DNA of 64,000 nucleotides from Thermoanaerobaculia bacterium (GTDB lineage Bacteria; Acidobacteriota; Thermoanaerobaculia; Multivoradales; UBA5704): NCBI GenBank assembly GCA_036271335.1, contig DATBAW010000600.1, positions 5,635 to 69,634 of the forward strand, read 5' to 3'. Shown piece by piece: positions 61,401 to 64,000 of this stretch (position 1 is its first letter; each line of letters starts with the position of its first letter). The notes under the pieces were generated by a model. It saw only the letters and a program-made list of their open reading frames with translations, ran no database searches and was not told where the DNA came from. The position numbers and the translations under genes were made by a program.

Positions 61401-64000
61401 AACGCCCAGGGGACCATGGCCGGCGGGAGGAGTCCCTCCAGGTGGCGCCGCAGCTCCGAGGCCCCGCTTCCGGCCGCGCCGGCCGCTGGCTCCGCCGGCA
61501 CCCACCAGGCCGCGAGGCCCGGCTCTCCCTGGGGATCCGGCCGGCTCATCACCACGGCGGCGCGCACGGCCGGATGGCGGGCCAGCACCGCCGCCACCTC
61601 GGACGGCTCCACGCGCACGCCGCGGATCTTGACCTGGTCGTCGAGGCGGCCCAGCAGCTCGAGGGCGCCGTCGGGCCGGACGCGGCCACGGTCTCCGGTG
61701 CGGTACAGCAGATCCTCTTCGAGATCCACGCCCCCTTCGCGAAAGGGGTTGCGAACGAACCGCCGGCGGTCCTCCTCCGAAGCGTCGAGATAGCCGAGGG
61801 TGCGGAATGGGGTGCGGATGGCGATCTCGCCCGGCTCCCCCACGCCACAGAGGCGGTCGCCAGGCGCGAGGACCAGGACCTGGGTCTGCGGCAGGGGGAA
61901 CCCGACCGGTTGCATACCCGGCTCCGGCCGCGCCGGCACGCGATACCAGCACTTGGCCAGCGTGGTCTCCGTGGGACCGTAGAGATTGATGATCTCTCCG
62001 GCTCGGGGGAACGCCTCCCGCCAGCGGCGCACCAAGCCGTCGGAGAGCGGCTCTCCGGCGAAGAAAACGGTGCGCAGGGCGGCGAGCGAGGCTGCGGGCG
62101 GCACCGCTTCCAGCCAGGAGGCCGCCACCGCCGGCACCGCGTGCAGCCGGGTTGCGCCCTCCCGCTCCAACCAGGGGAGGACGGCGTCCGGCCCGAGGTC
62201 CATGCCGGCGTCGGGCAGGCAGAGCACCGCGCCGCTGGTCAGCGGCAGGAAGAGATCGCGCAGCACCACGTCGAACGAGAGCCCGGTGAGTTGGGCGCAG
62301 CGGTCTCCCTCGCCCACGCCGAAGGTCTCGCGCTGCCAGGTGAGGAAATGGCTCAACCCGCGATGGCCGCCGAGGATCGCCTTCGGCAGGGCCGTTGTGC
62401 CCGAGGTGAAGAAGAGATAGGCCGGCGCGCCGGGGTCGATCGCCGGCAGCTCTGTTACTTCCCCACTCCCAGAAGGCTCCGCGCACCAGCCGGTCTCCGG
62501 ATCGACCTCCAACCGTGCGAGCAGCGGACCGGCGGCCAGCTTCTCCAACAGGCCGCCGCCGGCGGTGAGCAGGTGCGAAGCCTTGGCGCGCTCCAGCATC
62601 AGCGCGCGGCGCGCCTCCGGGAGGGCGCCGTCGAGGGTGAGAAGCACGCCGCCGGCGCGGAGCACCGCCAGTGCGCTGGCAACAAGGCCGAAGCTCCGCT
62701 CGCCGGTGACCGCCACTACGCCTCCCGGAGCGAGCCCCCCCGCGAGGAGGACGCGGGCCAGCCCTTCCGACCGGGCGACCAGCTCGGCGTAGGTCCACTC
62801 CCGGCCGCTTCGGGTCACAGCCACGCGCCCAGGATGGCTCCCGGCCAAGCCGGCGATGCGCTCCGGAACCGGCTCGAAACCGGGCTCCGCGAGGGCTTGG
62901 CGGGGATCGGGGAGCGGCGCTCCGGGTGTCACCAGGGAGTAGTCGGCGAGCGGCAGGTCGGGCGAGCGGACGATCTGGCGACAGAGCCCGGCGAGCTGCT
63001 GCAGGGTCTCGGTGATCATTGCCGGCTCGAAGCGGTCGACATCGTACTTGAGGCGCAGGATCAGCTCCTCGGTCGGCAGCGCCAGCAGGGACAATGGGAA
63101 GCTGGTGCGGTCCGCCGAGTGGATGTCGCGGATGCGCACGCTGAGCGGGCTCTCCGCCAAGGAGCGGTCCACCGGATAGTTCTCGAACACCAGGAGGCTG
63201 TCGAAGAGCGGCCGGCCGCGCGGCACCTCGCTCCAGCCCTGCACCTCCACCAGCGGGCTGTACTCGAAGCGGCGCATCTCCACCAGCCGGACCTGGAGGG
63301 CGCGCAGCCAGGTCAGCAGAGGCGTTTCCGGGGCCACCTCCATCCGGACCGGCAGCGTGTTGATGAACAGCCCGACCATCGATTCGACGCCGGGAAGATC
63401 GGCCGGCCGGCCGGACATCGCGGCGCCGAAGACCACGTCCGTCTCGCCGCTGTAGCGGCTCAGCAGCAGACCCCAGGCGCCCTGGATCACAGTGCTCAGG
63501 GTGAGGTCGTGCCGCTGCGCCACCGCGCGCAGGGCAGTCGTTTCCTCCCGGGAGAGGCGGACCTCGCTCTCGGCGTGGCCGCCGGTCACCGCCTTGCCGG
63601 GGCGCTCGATGCCGAGGGGAGTCGCGGCCCCGAAGCCGCATAGCTCGCGGCGCCACCAGGACTCGGCCAGGGCCAGGTCCTGCCGCCGCAGCCAGGCGAT
63701 GTAGTCCCGGTAGGGCCGCGGCACCGGCAGCGTCAGCTCCTCGCCGCGCCGGAAGGCCTCGTAGAAAGTGAACACCTCGCGGAACAGGAGTCCCAGGCAC
63801 CAGCCGTCGATCAGCAGGTGATGGACGGTCCAGAGGAAGCGATGACGGCCGGGGGCTAGGCGGATCAGGGTGCAGCGCAGGAGCGGCGGCTTGCCGAGAT
63901 CGAAGCCGCGCTCGCGGTCGGCGGCCAGGAAGCTCCGGAGGTCGGCCTCCGCCGCCTCCGGCGGCAGACCGCTCCAGTCCCGCTCGTCCCAGGGGAGCCG
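52433..64000 (-). CDS. Non-ribosomal peptide synthetase, C-terminal three modules (5' end beyond the window): C-A-T / C-A-T-E / C-A-T-TE
   Basis: The frame stays open upstream of the track start (63775). Residues encoded by 63776-64000 include TVHHLLIDGW (C-domain HHxxxDG). Approximate domain map in nt: C >64000-62900; A1 62860-61300; T1 GGHSL, Ser codon 61190-61192; C2 61010-59700 (HHIVADAWS); A2 59650-58090; T2 GGDSI, Ser codon 57989-57991; E 57850-56500 (HHLAIDGVSW); C3 56425-55110 (HHHVLLDGWS); A3 55075-53490; T3 GGHSL, Ser codon 53381-53383; TE 53215-52436 (GWSFGG, Ser codon 52988-52990). Confidence 0.95.
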   Translation of the reverse strand, partial: RLPWDERDWSGLPPEAAEADLRSFLAADRERGFDLGKPPLLRCTLIRLAPGRHRFLWTVHHLLIDGWCLGLLFREVFTFYEAFRRGEELTLPVPRPYRDYIAWLRRQDLALAESWWRRELCGFGAATPLGIERPGKAVTGGHAESEVRLSREETTALRAVAQRHDLTLSTVIQGAWGLLLSRYSGETDVVFGAAMSGRPADLPGVESMVGLFINTLPVRMEVAPETPLLTWLRALQVRLVEMRRFEYSPLVEVQGWSEVPRGRPLFDSLLVFENYPVDRSLAESPLSVRIRDIHSADRTSFPLSLLALPTEELILRLKYDVDRFEPAMITETLQQLAGLCRQIVRSPDLPLADYSLVTPGAPLPDPRQALAEPGFEPVPERIAGLAGSHPGRVAVTRSGREWTYAELVARSEGLARVLLAGGLAPGGVVAVTGERSFGLVASALAVLRAGGVLLTLDGALPEARRALMLERAKASHLLTAGGGLLEKLAAGPLLARLEVDPETGWCAEPSGSGEVTELPAIDPGAPAYLFFTSGTTALPKAILGGHRGLSHFLTWQRETFGVGEGDRCAQLTGLSFDVVLRDLFLPLTSGAVLCLPDAGMDLGPDAVLPWLEREGATRLHAVPAVAASWLEAVPPAASLAALRTVFFAGEPLSDGLVRRWREAFPRAGEIINLYGPTETTLAKCWYRVPARPEPGMQPVGFPLPQTQVLVLAPGDRLCGVGEPGEIAIRTPFRTLGYLDASEEDRRRFVRNPFREGGVDLEEDLLYRTGDRGRVRPDGALELLGRLDDQVKIRGVRVEPSEVAAVLARHPAVRAAVVMSRPDPQGEPGLAAWWVPAEPAAGAAGSGASELRRHLEGLLPPAMVPWAFVPLERLPLTANGKVDRRALPEPECARLEGREALMSPRTPFEEVLAGIWCEVLRRDRIGTGESFFALGGHSLLATQVISRVRRTFGIELPLHELFERPTIEALGARVEDLVREGAGSAAPPLRAVPRQGEIPLSFSQERLWFLDQLEPGSPLYNVQTGVRLTGRLDAGALARSLGEVVRRHEVLRTGFETVGGRAHQVIHPEARPGLPVVDLYELEPGLREAAVRRLGRAAADAPFDLARPPLLRALLVRLGFGEHALLLTVHHIVADAWSIGILIREMAALYRAFTSGAPSPFSELEIQYADFAAWQRGWLRGEALDAEVSWWRRRLAGAPALTELPGDRPRPAIQSFRGTRVSTLLPAALAQELTALAHRSGATLFMVLLAAFQVLLRRASGRDDLVVGTPVANRGRVEVEGLIGFFVNSLVLRTDLGGDPRFAELVSRLRSVLLEGYVHQELPFEKLVESLQPERSLAYNPVFQLMIILQNAASQGETELPDLRLSRLPDEAPAARFDLTLSATDTGGGLFVLADYATDLFDASTVQRLLEHLHCLLAAVVRQPERPLSALPLLTAPERHQLLTEWNDTAEAFPALASEGCLHQLFEVQAGETQEAVALVCEERSWTYGRLEAEANRLAHHLRSLEVGPDVPVGLAVRRSPEMLVGILGILKAGGAYVPLDVEHPRERLAAILDEARVPVLITVEPLVAALPPFSGKTVRLDRDAAQISRHGDAALASGVGPGHLAYVLYTSGSTGQPLGVMVPHGEIVNTLRWRLRAFALDRSDRILQNIPFSFDPSIWQIFGALGSGARLVLPSPDLHRDPASLLGLMADQGVTVTDFPPSFLRALLEHPDFARTVHLRHVFTGGEALPPAVRDRFTALSAATLHNVYGPTEAAIDATLWSCRPGEGLDPVPIGRPMSNKQVLILDRDLRLAPIGVPGELCIAGAGLARGYLGQPERTAGRFVPHPASADPGARIYRTGDLALSRADGSIIFLGRIDHQVKIRGIRIELGEIEAALGQHPEVAEAVVLAPAGESGERRLIAYVVAVPGAQLTAGDITSHLQQRLPQAMIPATFERVEALPRTLAGKVDRQALSRLGGERFAAPQSFVPAQTPRERVLAAIWAEVLRADRVGIEDNFFALGGDSILSIQIVARARQQGLHFTPKQLFQHQTIAELLAAAEAVGPSGVEPEPAPGPVPLTPIQRWFFEAALAEPHHFNQAVLFALRRPLAAGALARAVDTLLWHHPALRLRFRRHAGAWLQETGAPGGPAPFTALDLSALPPDRRSAGIEAASAAAQHSLDLAGGPLLRVVLFEVGSGEPQRLLFLVHHLAIDGVSWRLLVEDLQAAYELWERGEEPRLPPRTASFQRWAERLTVYAGTDAVQRELGFWAGIPPRPGAHLPLDFPAAADDGSETSTETVSSLLEAGETQALLHEIPAAYRTRVNEVLLTALARAFAAWTGERSLLVELEGHGREDLFDDVDLSRTVGWFTSIFPVFLDLDGAIEARDALKAVKEQLRAVPQNGLSYGLLRHMGGAATLLAALPRPEVSFNYLGQFDQGSSAGALLTAAGESAGSVRSGDWKRQHRLEISGLVAGGQLRFQWRYSRDQYRRSTIETLAASYLAELRALIAQGREETADVFTPSDFPLIRADQGQLDRLIARFTHGKERIEDIYPVSPMQQGMLLRSLQEPGSGTYVEQLSCEIEGSLDLGAFIAAWQQVVERHPVLRTAFDWEILDEPVQVVLRQVRLPFQYEDWRGLPAAGREARLESFLRESSERGFDFSSAPLLRVHLFRLEDDLHQLVWNHHHVLLDGWSMPLLFQEAFALYQASRERLDLDLPRPRPFREYIDWLRRQDAASAEAFWRRELAGITVPTPLPVDRPVLSGLPAGELYGDLELWMRKRATASLQTLAQGHRLTLGSIVQGAWGVLLGRLSGEPEVLFGEVVSGRPPDLAGIETMTGLFLNTLPVRVPPVVGLVLPWLTALQARLTELRQLEHSSLVEVQGWSDVPRGIPLFESLVVFESYPLGTAEEARGGGALRLGAHRIRSRTGYPLTLVANPGARLGLKLRYDRRRFSPRAVGELLGQLQTLLEQMAESPELPLAKLSLITPEAGALLPDPAVAIPEPVIPSWLAAFVEIAGRLPEQPAVEQGGRAWTYRELAASSATLAGLLRSRGLAPGEVAAVAGPRSFGLIAAAFGVTRAGGVLLLLDPRLPAERRELMLRQSGARWLIRVGGADQPVPDRPIGLLDIEPLDIEPDTGLPLGMAGEGPPAALAEPLPDDPVYVFFTSGTTGLPKGVLGRHKGLSHFLAWQRRTFAVGPGDRSAQLTGLSFDVVLRDLFTPLTAGATVCLPGPDDEAASPGTPAWLRRERITLLHTVPSLARVWLAASPAVVLDALRCVFFAGEPLTSDLVAAWDAAFGRPAEVINLYGPTETTLAKCWYRVPAEPRSGIQPVGSPLPETQALVLSEEGRPCGLGEPGEIVLRTPFRTLGYLDPGAEEARRFLRNPFRDDPSDLLYRTGDRGRYGFDGLLEILGRLDDQVKIRGLRVEPAEVDRALREHPGIREAAVVAREEPAGEKRLVAYWVPAGPGGPAVEELVAFLRGRLPAAMVPSAFVELAALPLTVNGKLDRTALPAPAGERPALAGRYVMARDAIELDLIGIWEEILGVRPVGVEDDFFNLGGHSLLVLPLLTRVEKRLGGALSVAELLAEPTVAALAQRLRRKPGDGMVRTPLLPLQPRGALPPLFCVHPLGGSALCYQPLASHLGQDQPLYGLDALHLVGQERLYGSLEEMATVYLEALRTVQPRPPYLLAGWSFGGVIAFEIARQLAERGEEVGLLALFDTRAPEAESRKPVSLDEALILRELLGDRIGLSREELEDLGSEGRLRYVIELGKRSGALPGDYDLEAAREVLRIIKMNGTLVGSYVPRLYQGQITFFQAEDEGDAEERVTRWRELAAGGVEVRPVPGPHRELVYEPYVRTLAAELKTALQASQRSERDR
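54663..54692. repeat. In-frame 15-bp tandem duplication inside NRPS adenylation domain A3
   Basis: ggctcgatgtccagc / ggctcgatgtccaga, encoding LDIEP-LDIEP. Confidence 0.85.

Noticed and set aside
52526-63800. Numerous 60-816-aa ORFs on both strands within the NRPS region (for example 61193..63643 +, 61389..63800 -, 54998..56800 +)
   Set aside because: A single frame (52433 to beyond 64000, minus) carries an uninterrupted, motif-complete NRPS. The others are frame and antisense shadows.

Overview
Very GC-rich chromosomal segment from a diderm bacterium (TolC, a TonB-dependent receptor and PilT are present). The repeat content suggests an Acidobacteriota-like lineage, but that is inference only. 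All calls come from reading the supplied translations and the raw sequence by eye. No searches were run, so family names are motif-based.

Gene content: about 45 credible genes and 2 tRNAs. Housekeeping genes include oppD/oppF-like ABC ATPases, pepA, purC, tag, mscL, pilT and vapBC.

Two natural-product loci stand out:
1. A compact class II lanthipeptide locus at 18431-21958. It has a LanM synthetase and one 68-aa LanA precursor with a mersacidin-type leader and the core TTEACSVTAICTPCPPRLCD. No transporter/protease or immunity gene lies nearby.
2. The 3' part of a giant NRPS from 52433 to beyond 64000. Domain order is C-A-T-C-A-T-E-C-A-T-TE, and it ends about 150 bp from tRNA-Lys.

Other accessory content:
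- A tandem pair of ~970-aa secreted HEXXH metalloproteases, sharing an upstream motif with a flanking secreted protein.
- An ABC-2 permease/M1 peptidase fusion immediately downstream of a HAMP-PP2C phosphatase.
- A TonB receptor/DUF4154/kinase/regulator signalling operon.
- A divergent class III cyclase-like protein.
- A secreted EndoU-like nuclease with a possible immunity partner.
- Two FG-GAP proteins.
- An aldo-keto reductase gene remnant.

Intergenic DNA is unusually rich in at least seven unrelated families of palindromic REP/MITE-like elements and two 15-bp tandem arrays. Several of these abut or supply the start codons of secreted-protein genes.

Most long ORFs in the track that lie antisense or out of frame to these genes are high-GC shadow ORFs.
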